Part shown: one piece after another, positions 25,492 through 38,820 of the stretch
How the letters are laid out: each line of letters starts with the position of its first letter
How positions within the stretch are numbered: the first letter of the stretch is position 1
NCBI GenBank assembly: GCA_025201805.1
Contig: MU619333.1
Coordinates: 58,871-122,870, forward strand
Origin: Parasitella parasitica NRRL 2501
Taxonomy: Eukaryota > Fungi > Mucoromycota
Reading direction: 5' to 3'
Length of the DNA: 64,000 bases
Position numbers and translations under genes: made by a program
Notes under the pieces: generated by a model
Told to the model about the DNA's origin: nothing
The model's database searches: none
The model's input: only the letters and a program-made list of their open reading frames with translations

Positions 25492-27448
25492 ATGTCCATA
25501 ATACCACCCAAATTACCTAAACCATACGCTACTATTAAAGACTACAAGATACCTGATAGCTTAAGACAGGCTTTGGAGTTACCTTCTTATTTGTTTACTG
25601 GGGAATTGCAAAATTGGGTCAAGATGTCTGAGTTGTTAGATGCATATTTTGAAGCATCACTTGTTATTGCAAAGAATGGCCATGCTCTGCTAACGACCGC
25701 CTCAATCTTCCTAAAGAAGATTAGGGAGAACAAAGAAGTAATAAAATCTGTACAAAATTACTGCGGTCGTTTGAAAACTTATCTTGATAACAAATCCGTC
25801 AATACTCAATTTAGGCTTTATATGCGTTGAAAGAAGTAGAATGGAGAGAAAAGAGAAGCGAGAGCAGTTTAAACTCAGAAACAAGAATTGCAAGCAATAG
25901 AATAATAACTAAAAGAGTGCAAGAGGTTGGTGAAGGAAGCACCAATAAAGAACCAAACAAAAAGCAAAAAATTGACAAGGTATGTACGTATAAAATAAGC
26001 TTTTAAATTGGCCTGAGATTCTCACAGAAAAGTTTAAATCAATAGTTGTTTGATGAAGAAGACGATGAGATATCACACCTAATACCCCCAACTGCCTTAT
26101 GCCATACTAAAGATGACAGTGCTGCTGAAAGCGCCAAAAGCGATGATGGCGATGATGATGTGTTCAGTACCATAGATGAGGCATGTATTTCTTACTACTT
26201 GACAATCGCACTTTGCTAATGTATCACTAGTATTTAGGTTTACGGAATGACTGTTGTAAGAGAAAAAAATGTTTACAGATTCCAACCTCCTGCCAAACAC
26301 TTAATTTCGCCGCACAAACCTATCATACAAGCTGAAGATCTATCGGTTGTCAGATATTACTTTGATATATGTGTAAGTACTTGTGAATCAGAAGCGTCCG
26401 ATGAAACCAAAGCTGAATATGAAGCTATGATGCAAGAACAAAATAACTTACAAAGCTTGAAAAACTTGGGATCTGATATCATGGATTGGGTTGCAAAAAT
26501 CTTAAATTGGTCTGAAAAAGATATGTTCAAAAACTTAGGAACCGTTCCTGACCTGCCGTTTTTAAATTTTGTAAAATTTACTATTGTTGACTTCCTCTTG
26601 AATTGCATGCGTACACACGTATATAATCAAAACGATGAAAGAACTGCGTATTGCGAACTCTTCATTCCTATCTTTAAAGCATTTGGAAATACTACAAAAA
26701 AATTGAACTATGTCTGGTAGGTATTATTCGATAATAATACTTAAATATGAGCGTACTACTAATAATAATGGGGATTCTAGGTGCGAGAAAAAGGTCAAGG
26801 ACTCTGATTATGTATGGCTTGTATCAAATAACTTTGTTAAAGATAAGGGTTGCTTGAAGCTACTGGATGGTATTGGAAGACTGGTTGACAAAGAATTAAA
26901 CTATATTCTTATTGAATCATCTGGGTATGATAAATTGATTTTTTTTTATCTTAAGTAGTGTTCACTAATATTCTCTTCCTTTAAGGTTCAACAAATCAAA
27001 CGCCTTATCGCACAGTTTGAACGATACCTTAAAGAATATGAAGAGTGGCTCAGACAATCTAAAGTGTTTTGTATCAAACTACAAAAAAGCCTCTTTCAGT
27101 ACGATGAAGAAGGCCCGAATCTATACTTGACATATAATTCAAAATAAGATGACCTTAGTTCGATACAAAATCAAGTCTGCTTCCCAATGGCAAGTTGTTG
27201 AATGCCGCTCTGCCTGTATCCCCCTCTCTTTCTCTGGCATCATTCACTATACCAAAGTCTTTGAACTTTTCGCTTTCCTGCTGGTGCGTATTTAGGGAGT
27301 TATACGATATCACTACTACTGCTAATAGCTTAATCATTTTTAGAGTGATATGGCTGAACAAGATAAAATTTTTCATCAGTTGGAGATGGAGTCGTTGGGG
27401 TTGATTGAAGTACCTCAAGATGAAACTGTTGCTCATTTTTTAATGTAA
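25492..27448 (+). pseudogene. Multi-exon Mucorales repeat-family gene with a PD-(D/E)XK-like C-terminal domain, disrupted
   Basis: Spliced product contains ERTAYCELFIPIF, WCEK, LLDGIG, ILIESSG, HSLNDTLK and VECRSACIP; 2-nt frameshift near 25820; premature TGA 27128-27130; GC-AG intron 26181-26237. Confidence 0.65.
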
Positions 27449-29524
27449 AATTTATGTTGGTTTAACCTCCCTTGTTATTACTATGCTTTTTTTTTATGTA
27501 AAAAAGATGTTTGATGCTAACTCGTTAGGTCTAAACCAGACATCATATGAGGAAAGCGACTTTTCTGACTTTTTTTCGGAAAAGTATTTTTCAAAATCGG
27601 AGCGTGAGATTGTCAGGCCAGGTACAGACATGCAAGCGCTACCATTAGAAAGCCAAGAAGCACACCATTTAAACAAAAAAATTGCAGTTGTTTTTCTTTT
27701 GAATTGGGTAAGCTATGGCTTCTCAAAGTTAATGCTTTCTTCCAAAAAAAACACCATTTTCTTTAATAGCGGAGATTCATTGCGTCCAAAATCAGGAAGA
27801 AAAAATTCTTTCAAAAACTCCATTTGTATAATTGAAAAACAAAATTACTTCTTTAAGGCAAGATAACATCTTCTGATACTATGCATACCACAGCTGTCAG
27901 TCTATGATAATAGCTGTATTTTTGGACGCTCTACATGCTGGTATCATTTCATAATTCCCGTATGCTTATGGAAGGAATTATGTTGACAAAACTTCAAAAC
28001 AGATTAAGAGGGAAAAGTCAATATTTTGCTTAATCAGAGCGCATTCCCAGTCTTTCAGATCAAGGAATGGTCTTTTACAATCATTTTCCTCTAATATATG
28101 CTATAGTAAAAAATTGCATCTTTGGGGTCAAAATCGAGGATAATGCATAATCGATGAGTTTGGATGTGTGAATACAAGGAAAAAATCGAAAAAATCCGTC
28201 ATTTTGCATCGAAAAAAAAATCATGCTCAAATTGCACCAAAATCATATATTATATAGTTTTTTCCCTATGAATACTATTTCTGGTACTTTCAGGGCACTT
28301 TTGATTATGAAAATCAGTCAAAAAATGGAACACAAAGCTAATAATCTTGCTTTTAAGCTGTAAAGATATCTATCTGGAGATGATACCAGGTCAATATCAA
28401 TTCTAGTACATGACACAGCTTTAAAAAGTAAGTATTTTGATACCAAAAGTATTCATAATAATATGATCAAACAGTTTTGGCCCATCGAGTTGGAAGGAGA
28501 AAAGAATAATCAATGAATACAACTTTTTGCTGCAATAATCCCTTGTTATCTGTTCGTAAGTCGCTAATTACTAACGACAGAGAAGCCCTATTACATTGAT
28601 TTATAATAATGCTTAATACCAACTCAAGGGTTCGTTTTTTTTTTTTGCTTCTAATACTAAGCATGTAAAATAGAAAGTAAAGTAGAGGTTAAGATTGAGG
28701 TTGACGGTAATTTTGCTAACAAAAGTTAAGCTTCACAATAAGCTTCTGGTAGATTCCAGGTTCCAGGCACTGTACTGTAAAGTATCTCGCTATACCAAAC
28801 ACATTTTTGTACACCAACCCGTCCGTAATAACGAGTCCCGACTGTATATTCTTTGCTTAATATTGGATATGCTGAATCAACTCAAAAGATGTAACATAAA
28901 ATGATAATGTGAAGTTATAGAAATAGAGATTGTCATTTGCTTGAATATGCTATGATTTTTGAAAAGACTTATAATCAAAGGAGGAATCATAATGAAATGG
29001 TTGGTTTAAACTTAGAATCAGAAATAAACTGCCGTTTTGTAAATGCATAATTCGACGGATACGTACAACTTAATGCCTTATTAATATATGCAGTGTGATA
29101 GTTTGATAGTTTGGTGATTTTGTAATTTAACTATTTTTTAGTTTATACACCTGTGCAGTTCTATAGACTTGCCTAAATATCTGAGCTTATTTAGAATTCT
29201 GATCTCTAACGGATATATCTAAAATAATTTATCATAATTAATTACATAACATGCCTGCTGCTAGAATCAATTTGAGTTTTATTGAACCATTGAATGGAAT
29301 ATTAAGCTGAGTCAGTGGTGAACACTATGGTTGTGTAGGCAAGTATACCAACATAGTTTTCTTGCTAAATCACATATTACTCCTCTTTACTTTGCAAACA
29401 GTGGTTTTATTGATAGTAGACATTGCATGATATGCATAAATTTTTCAATAGAATGTACAAGTTTCGAGATTGGAGAAATGCTATTTTGATTTAGTAAGAA
29501 GAGAGAGAGAGGGGGGGGGGGTAT

Positions 29525-30623
29525 TTAATGCTTTTTAGATTTCAGTTCATATTCATTACCACCACTAACTGGTATATCAGCTGAAGAAGACGCTTGGAAA
29601 AATGTGCTTGGGTGATGCACACTGGTAAAGTCCTCATTGTCTGTGAGATCATCATCGACGCTGTATCTCGGTGGTAATTCAGTAGGTTCGTTCGAAATAT
29701 CCTCTTCAGCTTCATCTCTATGAGATCTAAGTAATGTCTCTGCATCCTCCTCGTCTCTTGTCAATCTAATGTTTTGCTTGTTCTGATCTGTTTTATGTTT
29801 GATAAACGTATCAATAACCCAAAATTGCATAATATTCATCACGAGAGGAAATCTAATAGACCAATCCGTTGGTATATTACTCTAGAAAACTGACCTTTAT
29901 ACTGTAACTTACATCAGCATGACAAATACGACCTGAAGTTTATAGTTTCCAACAGTCCACTCCAGCACCCAATCACCGAAATCTTCAATCCAGGGACAAA
30001 GATGGAATAGAGAGACCACAATCACCTTCATGATCATCAAGCTGACAATGTAGACAAGCAGCTGTTTCCCCCATTTTCGAATTTGCGCTGTTAAAGGAGG
30101 TTCCCCATATACTCCACTTTGAAATCCTGTTAATTCTAGCCTGAGGACGAGGTATTTAAAACCAGTCAAGATGCACCATAGAATCCCAATACCTAATGTT
30201 GTATCAACAAATATATTTAGAAAGTACCTACAAAAGCCGTCAAAGGATCAGCTCATGATTTTGGGTGAATACCGAATCACTACGTACCAAACGCAAGGAT
30301 TTGATTTCTGTCCTTCCTCTGGTTTCACGCCGAAAAACACAGCAGCGACGACGTTCAGTGAATGAATCATAATGCCACCTGCCAATTGCTTACTCACATC
30401 TAGGGCCCTGAGAGTAGAGAATCATGAGATACCATTGACAAAACACTTGGACAAACTCTTACCAAATCCTGATAGGTCTTTGAGGTTGCTCTCGTTGTCT
30501 CTTGAAGATCAATGTAGAAAATGCAGTTGTAGCTAGACATAGCTGAATAAATATTCCAAACCCATCCATTAATTTACACCCTGCTTGTGGGTCTTCTTCA
30601 TGTGGTGCTCTATATTCTAACAT
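29525..30623 (-). CDS. STIMATE/TMEM110-like (YPL162C-type) vacuolar membrane protein, multi-exon
   Basis: CKLMDGFGIFIQ...KRQREQPQRPIRIW, ALDVSKQ, SNPCVWYFLNIFVDTTLG, SGVYGEPP...WGKQ, LQVVFVM...PLVMNIMQFWVIDTFIK. Start codon is uncertain. Confidence 0.88.
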
Positions 30624-30928
30624 GTGTGCGTGTGTGTGTGTGTGTATATTACAAATCATACTATAACTAGAGTGCAGTTTTCAATCATATAAAATGGACA
30701 TGCCATCAGCGAAAGAAGGGTTGAGGGCCGAGTATCTCAACCGAGATGACAGATATGATCAGCGTCAGCAGCGTTTAAAAAAAAAAAAAAAAAAGAAGAG
30801 AAAAGCCAAATGAATTCTACACTTAAAACGCATGCGGCTCTTCAACCACAAGACCGTTTTTTGTGTAATTTGAGCTGTTATTCACTCCTTTCGTTTCCGG
30901 AAGTTTGCTGCGAACTTCAATACTGACC

Positions 30929-33900
30929 ATGAGCTCTCCAGACGAACCTAACGATCCATACGGAGCCATTAAATTTGGCGAGTTCCGTAAATATATGCAG
31001 AATAAGCAATCAAAGCTAAAGAGACAGCAAAGAGAATTGTAGTAGGCCAATTTGTCATTAGGGTTTTCATGTCTATTCATACCGTAGTGGCAATTTTGCT
31101 TTTTAGGGGAGGACAAGCAAGCCAAGAATTACCACAAATTTTTGCTGGCACAAGCATATACATAAATGGGTATTCGCATCCACCAGCAAGCGATTTGCGT
31201 AGGATGATACTGCAGCATGGAGGAGACTATCAACACTATTGTAATTTTAATGAATTAGATTTAAACATTTTGTATCCATGATCTAACTAATGCTGCAGTG
31301 AAAAAATCCAGTGTAACACACATTGTAGCTACCAATTTGACAAATTCTAAACTACAAGAATTTCGGTATATTTGGCATTATTCGCATTTGTAAAAACTGA
31401 TTCTTATCAATTCACATTGTATAGGGCATATAAAGTTGTTCGACCTGAATGGATCACTGAATCAGTCCAAGGCCAGCAAATGTTGCCATGGCAAAATTAT
31501 CGTCTCGTACCAAGAGCGACAACACAAAGGGAACTTTTGTTCAGCAATGACACAGAAGCTGCGACAGCAGAAAAGATCACAGGAAAAACATTAAACGCAA
31601 ATGTGCTCTCGAATGAATGGGCAAGGCAAATATCTACTGTCAATCCTACATTTATCAAACGATATTACGAAACATCGAGATTGCATTATTTGTCTACTTG
31701 GAAAGAGGAATTGAAGGATATTGTTGAGAAATTGGGGCAGAATTACAAGTCTGGTCCAAACACACCAAGCAAAAAGAGATCGTCTGCTGCGCACAATCGA
31801 ACTGTAATGCATGTTGACTTCGACTGTTTCTTTGCTTCGGTAGGGATCAAAGATCGTCCTCATTTGAGTAACTTGCCAGTATGTACATGTATACAATGCG
31901 TAGATCCCGTGTGTTGATTTTGATGGATATTTCTATAGGTAGCTGTTTCTCATAGTAAAGCTGTTAGTGAGACCTCTTCCAGCGATATTGGTAAATTATA
32001 TAGAAAAGCATGATAGCACAAACTAAATATAGATTGTCTGATAGCTTCTTGCAATTATGTGGCTCGTTCTTTTGGTGTTCGTAATGGCATGACGTACAGT
32101 TTACAAATTTATTAAGTATATTTTATGTGATTATTGATACTGGTTATTTATAGGATGGGGATGGCCAAAGGTCTATGTCCCACTCTTCAAGTAATACCGT
32201 AAGTTAGAATTATCTGTTGAATCATATGTATGCCCAAAAATCTAACCAAGACGTAATGAAAGCTATGAGTTTGACAAATACAAAGCCATATCCAAGATAT
32301 TTTACGAAATCTTGTTTCAGCATGCAGATGAAATGCAAGCCGTTAGCGTGGACGAGGCTTTGCTTGAAGTTGGGTCTCACATTACTCAGCCTGAAGATGA
32401 TGCTTGTGGTCAAAAAGAGCAGCAAGAAGCTTTGGCTACAGCGATCCGCGATAAAATTCGCCAGGCAACAGGTTGTGAGGCAAGTGTAGGTATAGGGCCC
32501 AATATTCTACTTGCGAGAATGTCAACAAAGCGGGCAAAACCTGCTGGTCAGTATGTTTGTAAATCAAAACAAGACATTGACAATTTATTGGCAAGCCAAG
32601 ATGTAACTGATTTTCCTGGCGTAGGTTTTGAGTAATGAGTTTTAATTATTATGCAACTAACACTTGATTGACCAATGTAGGTTGGCTATGCTATCAGCGA
32701 TAAACTCAAAGATTTGGTATTACCATCTAAATATATATCCAAGCAAATCAAGATGTTAACATGCTTTAACAGAATGTAACGGTCGTGAGTGATTTGAGAA
32801 AAATACCATTGCATGAGTTACAGACTAAATTGGGAGCTAAAATGGGGCAAACATTATATAATTTTTCACGGGGAATCGACGATAGACCATTGATTACCCA
32901 CCAACAAAGACAATCCGTGAGTGCAGAAGTGAATGTAAGTCCAGAAAAACTTTATATTTTAGCTACCCACATTAACCAATTGTACACATATTCATATAGT
33001 GGGGTGTACGATTTGAGAATGAACAAAATGAACGAGAATTTGTAGATGGTTTAGCAAAAGAAGTTGCTGAAAGACTACAAAAACATAATGTTAAAGGGAG
33101 GAACATTACTGTTAAGGCATGTAATGGCTATGTATATATTTATATATCAATTAGGCTAATAATTGTGTATCCTGTCATCTAGATTTTGAAAAGAAAAGAA
33201 GATGCTAATGAAGCGCAGAAGCACTTGGGACATGGAAAAGTGGATGCATTTACAAAATCATATACACTGGGAAACTTCACTGACGATCCAGCTGTAATTA
33301 ATAAACACGTTTATTCTATTCTAAAATCCTTTCAGTTTTCTAGTGCTGATATTAGAGGCTTAGGCATTCATGTCAGTAAATTAAACAATCAAGAAAAGCT
33401 CTCTCGTACGTGATTGTGATGCCTGCTTTATACACACTTGCATTTGCTAATACCGTAATATTTTATAGCTGACCAGGGCACTCTCAACTTTGAATCACAC
33501 ATTGCGATGAATGAACAGCGAGGTATGGAGACAGGTGAATCAAGTAGACAGGCTCCCAAAGAGACTATAGTAAGTAGTACTTAATTCAACTGGCTCAATC
33601 AAAAGCTCATTTTATGATAAGGAAGTTGATCCGCTTGTGTATAACGAGCTGCCTGATTCAGTCAAGAAGGAGCTTGAAGCAACTTGTAATCTGCTATTCA
33701 AGGAACCATTGACGACTAGTGGTGAAATTAAAGAGATACCAGAACACTTAGCCATTGCATCTCTACCAGAACTTCCGCCATGGTCTCAACTAGATCCTCT
33801 TTCTTTGCTTGCTCTTCCAGATGAAATGCGCGAACAAATATTGAAAACATACGCAGCCAAAGTTGGAGATGCTCTACTAAAATCCCCAGTAGATACTCCT

Positions 33901-34620
33901 ACTATCCAGAAATCACGAGCATCTGCATCATTACACACTAAAACCCCTCGAACCAGTAAATCCAAGGTTCGTAACATTGGTAGCGGAAGCAACAGGAGCC
34001 GCACTATTACTCAAATGTTTCAACATCCAACAAGTCCCTCCTCTCGTTCTAACATATCCAGCCCCTCGATTAACAGCAACAATGAAACACCAACCATGCG
34101 TAGTAGTCGTTTTCAATCTGTTTTTCAGGGACAAGAAGAAGACAGTGATGACGGAGATTTGCCGTATGATGCAGACGTGTGGAAAGAGCTGCCCCAAAAC
34201 ATGAAAGACGAGCTTTTAGAAGAGCATCGCCGGCTCAAGAGACTCAAGGTCGAGCAAAAACAATTGAAAGAGCATCCAGTGAGCAGACAGGGTGTACAAA
34301 GAATAGACTTGCGTCCCTACCGCACGAAGGAGCCCTCGTTGCAAGGAGTTACCGATGTCAATGAAATACGTTCATTGTTGCGGGAATGGGTAGCTTCATA
34401 CAAAGAGGGCCCTGAAGCTGAGGATGTTGTCACCATAACTAATTATCTCATTGAGCTGGTCCATTACGCCGATTTAGAAAAGGTGCACTTGGTGATTATA
34501 TATTTGACGTATTTGGTACGAGATGTCGACTCTCTGAGTTGGAAGCAGTGTACAAAACAATTACAAGAAGCTGTATCAAACACAATAAAATCAGTTTATG
34601 GATGCCCTCTTTGTACTTGA
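30929..34620 (+). CDS. REV1: Y-family translesion polymerase / deoxycytidyl transferase Rev1, many exons
   Basis: N-terminal BRCT (FAGTSIYINGY...VRPEWITES); SRLHYLSTWK; HVDFDCFFASV; IASCNYVARSFGVRNGM; SVDEA; UBM-like repeats (LLALPDEMREQI, WKELPQNMKDEL); C-terminal domain LREWV. Confidence 0.95.
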
Positions 34621-34669
34621 TTTTCGACAATAAAAAAGTATATTTATTTTGTTTTGTTTTGTTTTGTTT

Positions 34670-35309
34670 TTATTGAGAAGTGGTGGCCGGAGAAGAAGAA
34701 GAGGAGGTGGTGGAAGAGGATGACATGACATCTGCATGGGAAAGAATTGCTTGATAGTTTTTGCTTTCGCCGTTTCCAACAAAATCAACAGCAGGAAGTG
34801 CCTCGCTAATTATATCTGCGTTGGTGCTTGTGCCTGTGGGTATTGATATGTTTTTGGTATATTCGGATTTGATATTTGAAACAGATGCATCCAGTGGAGT
34901 TGTTGTCAATGCAGTTTTATGCTGATTTTGGGCAGCAGATGATGAAGCAGAAGAAGAGGAGGGAGGATACTGATGCTGACTCCAGTTACCGTCGTCTCTT
35001 GGCTGATGTTGGTGATGTAGGTGGTGATTACTCTCGAGCCAACTAGTTGGGATGGGTGATGCAGGTACAAAGCTTTCAAGGCTAGTTGTATCACTTGAAG
35101 CGGCTGTAGTCATCATATGATGGTGATTGTCATTTAATAAATGAGAAGTATGCTGCATTTGTGTTACCGCTGCAACTGCTGCATTGTTTGAGTAGAGATC
35201 TTGTCCATTTGTCATCATTTGATGCGTGAAGCCACTGGCATCGTATTCATGCAAGATGTCTGTAGGCGATTGCTTTTGCTGCTGCTGCTGCTGCTGCTGC
35301 TGTTGTTGT

Positions 35310-35344
<35 letters not shown>

Positions 35345-36403
35345 TAATGGCGGTGGCTGATGTAATGCGTTACCGAACTCTATGCCAAACTCGAAATTGA
35401 AGCCGGATCTTGCGTTTGTTGAAGTTGATGAGCTATGGTAGGAGGGTAGCCATAGATTGGCAGTGTTGTTATGTTGCAATTGTTGTTGCTGGAAGTGATT
35501 ATTGTGATGATGGTGGCTGTGAAAGCCCAGCATGCCATTGTTGCCATTGGTGGTGTCACTATTGTTGTGGTCGATGAATGGAGACATACTGATGGATGTT
35601 GCAGCATTGTTTGTTGTGAAGACAGTTGCACCGCTGTTCAAGTTGGGCAACTCCAAGGGCATCATTTGTCGTTTTGACTGGTGTGGTATCAACTCGATAG
35701 AGTCTATATGGGTGCTGCTATTTTGTCGGTTGCGTTTGAGGTGAGAACGTCTAGGGGTAGAGTTCGAGTTGCTAATGGCTCTTTTTCTAGTTGTATTGAC
35801 ATTGGTAAGAACCAAATCGTGCGTAGTGGATGAATTCGAGGAGCAAGACATAGCAAGATGGTCATCATCTGTTACGGTAGCCGAGGAAGACGAAGACGAG
35901 GATTTTCGCTGTTGATTTGCGGCAGCTGATGATTTAGGGCCTCTCCTTACAGTACCCACCACAGAAGGGACCAGGCTAAGATGGCGATGTGTCGGAATGG
36001 AGGTAATAATAGGTAAATCTTCGCCTTGTCTAAGAGGGGGAAATGCATCAATGATACCTTGGTCATCGAGCAAAGAGCGAACGTAATGTGACATGGACTG
36101 CTGGACATGGCTTTCCATCGTTTGAGGCTCATAGACCAGATCTGCACGCATCAAACCCACCATATCAATGTTCTTGCTGTTGCAATCTACATCATTTGGG
36201 ATGATATCAATAAATAAGCCTGCTGCCAGTTGATAGCGACAGGGCTCTCCTTTTTCAAATATTCGTAACAAATCTTGTGTGGTTTTTGCATTGAGATTTA
36301 TCCAATTTCCATGACCAGCATATAACCGGTAACAACTCTTGTTTGAAAATGATGTTGCAGCTGTATTGCCATAAGATGTATTGTATGATTTGGAGGAGGA
36401 CAT
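34670..36403 (-). CDS. Intronless Gln/His/Ser-rich low-complexity protein with a small N-terminal globular domain
   Basis: Open ~577-codon frame from the first ATG at 36403; poly-Q tract; ends 50 bp from the REV1 stop. Confidence 0.8.
35278..35344 (-). repeat. CAG/CAA poly-glutamine microsatellite
   Basis: (TGC/TGT)n on the + strand, more than 20 Gln codons. Confidence 0.9.
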
Positions 36404-38820
36404 TGACAACCTTTGGCTTTTTGAATTAAAAGAAAAAAAGAGAACAAGATTGTATATCTATGCAGAGAAGAAAAAGTGAAAGAAGCCTCTCTTTTTATAC
36501 CCTAAATTTAGGGGAAAAAAAGTCGCCAATGCAGGTGCGTGTGTGGTGTATGGTGTGTGCGTGTGTGCGTGTGTGTGTGTGTTTGATTTATTCATTTTAG
36601 TTCTGAAACTGTAGACAAGGGTTATTGTTTGTTCATGTCAGTGAAATATCGTTGTCGCTGATGACCGTGCAGCTATGATTTAAAGGGGTGAGAATCTACT
36701 AGAGTGTTCCGAGACGATAAAGACAAGTTGGAAACAACCATTCAATTATCTACGCTGTTATTGTATTTTCACATGAAGGATGGAGATTCTATTTTGATTG
36801 ACAACATTTGATATCTTTTTTTAATTTGGCTACTGACATGTCAGCCTGTATACATGTGTATCTAATATAAACAATAGGCCTTTATGGCTCTATATTGCAT
36901 GCAGATAATTGCTCAAAGATCCATTGAGTGGGTTTCCGCTTGAGGAAATCAGGATAATCATCTATTGATACGAGGTTTCCAAGCAGGCATTGTTTTGTGG
37001 AATTGCACGGTATCTGAACACAATCAGACATTGAAGCAGTTCTTTCAGCCTTTGCATATATTAATTGAATTATTACCATAATTTAAGGAGGAAAAGAGCA
37101 TGATCAAGCTATTGTTGTACACCCGTTTATTCATAAATTTTGGAAAAAAAAAAAAAAAAAGAAACAAATGTCGCAAGAAGATAACTCTAGTAGCTCCCAA
37201 ACACTGAAAGGATTCGATTATACAGTAATCAATGACTGATCAATCTAAGGAAAATGTAATTATACGAGGCAATAGGATTGAATGTCACTTATCAGATAGT
37301 GTCAGAGCAAACTCTGTATCATTATGGTCTGGACCATTGTAATATGCCGTTATGCAATGAAAAAGCACTCTTACTTCATAAGTTTGGTAAACGAATAAGA
37401 AAGATATTTTATAGCCCATGGAATAAAGCAGTGGAAGAGGCGTGTCATTTGCCATATGAAATTGTATATACAGGATAATAATTTGTTGCTGCATCATAAA
37501 AGATTATTTTTCACAAGAAATTTGAGCACATCATTGTGGATGCCACCATGTAATGCAAGTTAAAATTATGTGAGCAGCCACCTTGCACTTTTACCTGAAA
37601 GATAAATATTTCACTAAAACATAATGTACTCTAAAACAAAAATGTACTCTAAAACAGGTGTTCCAAATATAACTTATAGTACTCAAAAGTCTTAGTGGAA
37701 GTTGGTAATGTAATTATAGTCTGGAGCATTAGATTATATCTGTAAATTCTTGATTCGTCTCTTCCACATGATATTATGATTGAGAAACTGAATTAAATTC
37801 TGAAAGCTCCTCATTGCAAACGAGGCGGTATAAAAAGTATCGTCGATGATAAACTTCAACGATTATCTCGTGTCTGTAGAAGTTTCCTATGGCTGTTGCT
37901 CGCGAGGTGTTAATTTTGATTGTCAAAGATTTGAGCAGTTGGGTGTTTCTATTCCTGATTTCTGCTTTTTGAAATGAATATTTGTAAATGACAATATTGA
38001 AGAAGACTGCAGCATTATCCGCATTAAAAACTCAGTTTGACATAAAAGGCAGCAGAAACGTTTTCATCGCATAAAGGGACCTAAATACAAAAGGATTCTT
38101 GACTTAAGATATATAAAAAGAAGCACTTTATTTAACGGATAATTCCCCAACAAGAATAAACTCAAGTCGAAACTCGATAGAAGGAGAGATTAGAATAAAT
38201 AACATGGCATCTCAAAATAAAAATATTAAATTGACATGTCAAGTCGTTAAAACGAGCAGTTTAAAACGACTTGTATATTTTTGTAACACTATTTCGTCCA
38301 TGGATATTCGTATACATTGGATGCGCATTCAAAGGCTTTTATCAAAGAATAAGCTGAATGTCATGTTTATGCCAACTAATTTATATAGTTAAAAATAGAC
38401 GTTCCCATTATCGATGTGCTTATCATATATATTATATATATATATATAATATACATATACGTTGCTGCATTCAGTTGATGATGTTACCTTCTCTTTTGGA
38501 GAGGAGTCTTTCTAAAGGGGTGGGATTGCAGTACAAAGAAATCAATGAGATGTCCTTGTACCACTATGTGGCAGCAAGACCATAAACTGTACAGACTCTC
38601 GTGCTGTATCGATACACGTTGTTTTGAAAATCAAAGCCCCTAGCACCTTGCTCTCTGATTTTTGCATTATATTTGAGGGCACCCATCCATATCTGACCCC
38701 TTGAAATGCTTAGTTGGGGAAAGTTGCACTAATTTTGCCTAGTCTAGTTGATGCAAATAAAAAGGCAAAGCAAGCTTGTTTTTCTTTTTTGTTTTCTTGG
38801 CTTTTCTCTCAACATTTAAA

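Noticed and set aside
27483-27866. 127-aa ORF
   Set aside because: Homopolymer-rich, F/K/S-biased and motif-free; likely non-coding TE subterminal DNA.
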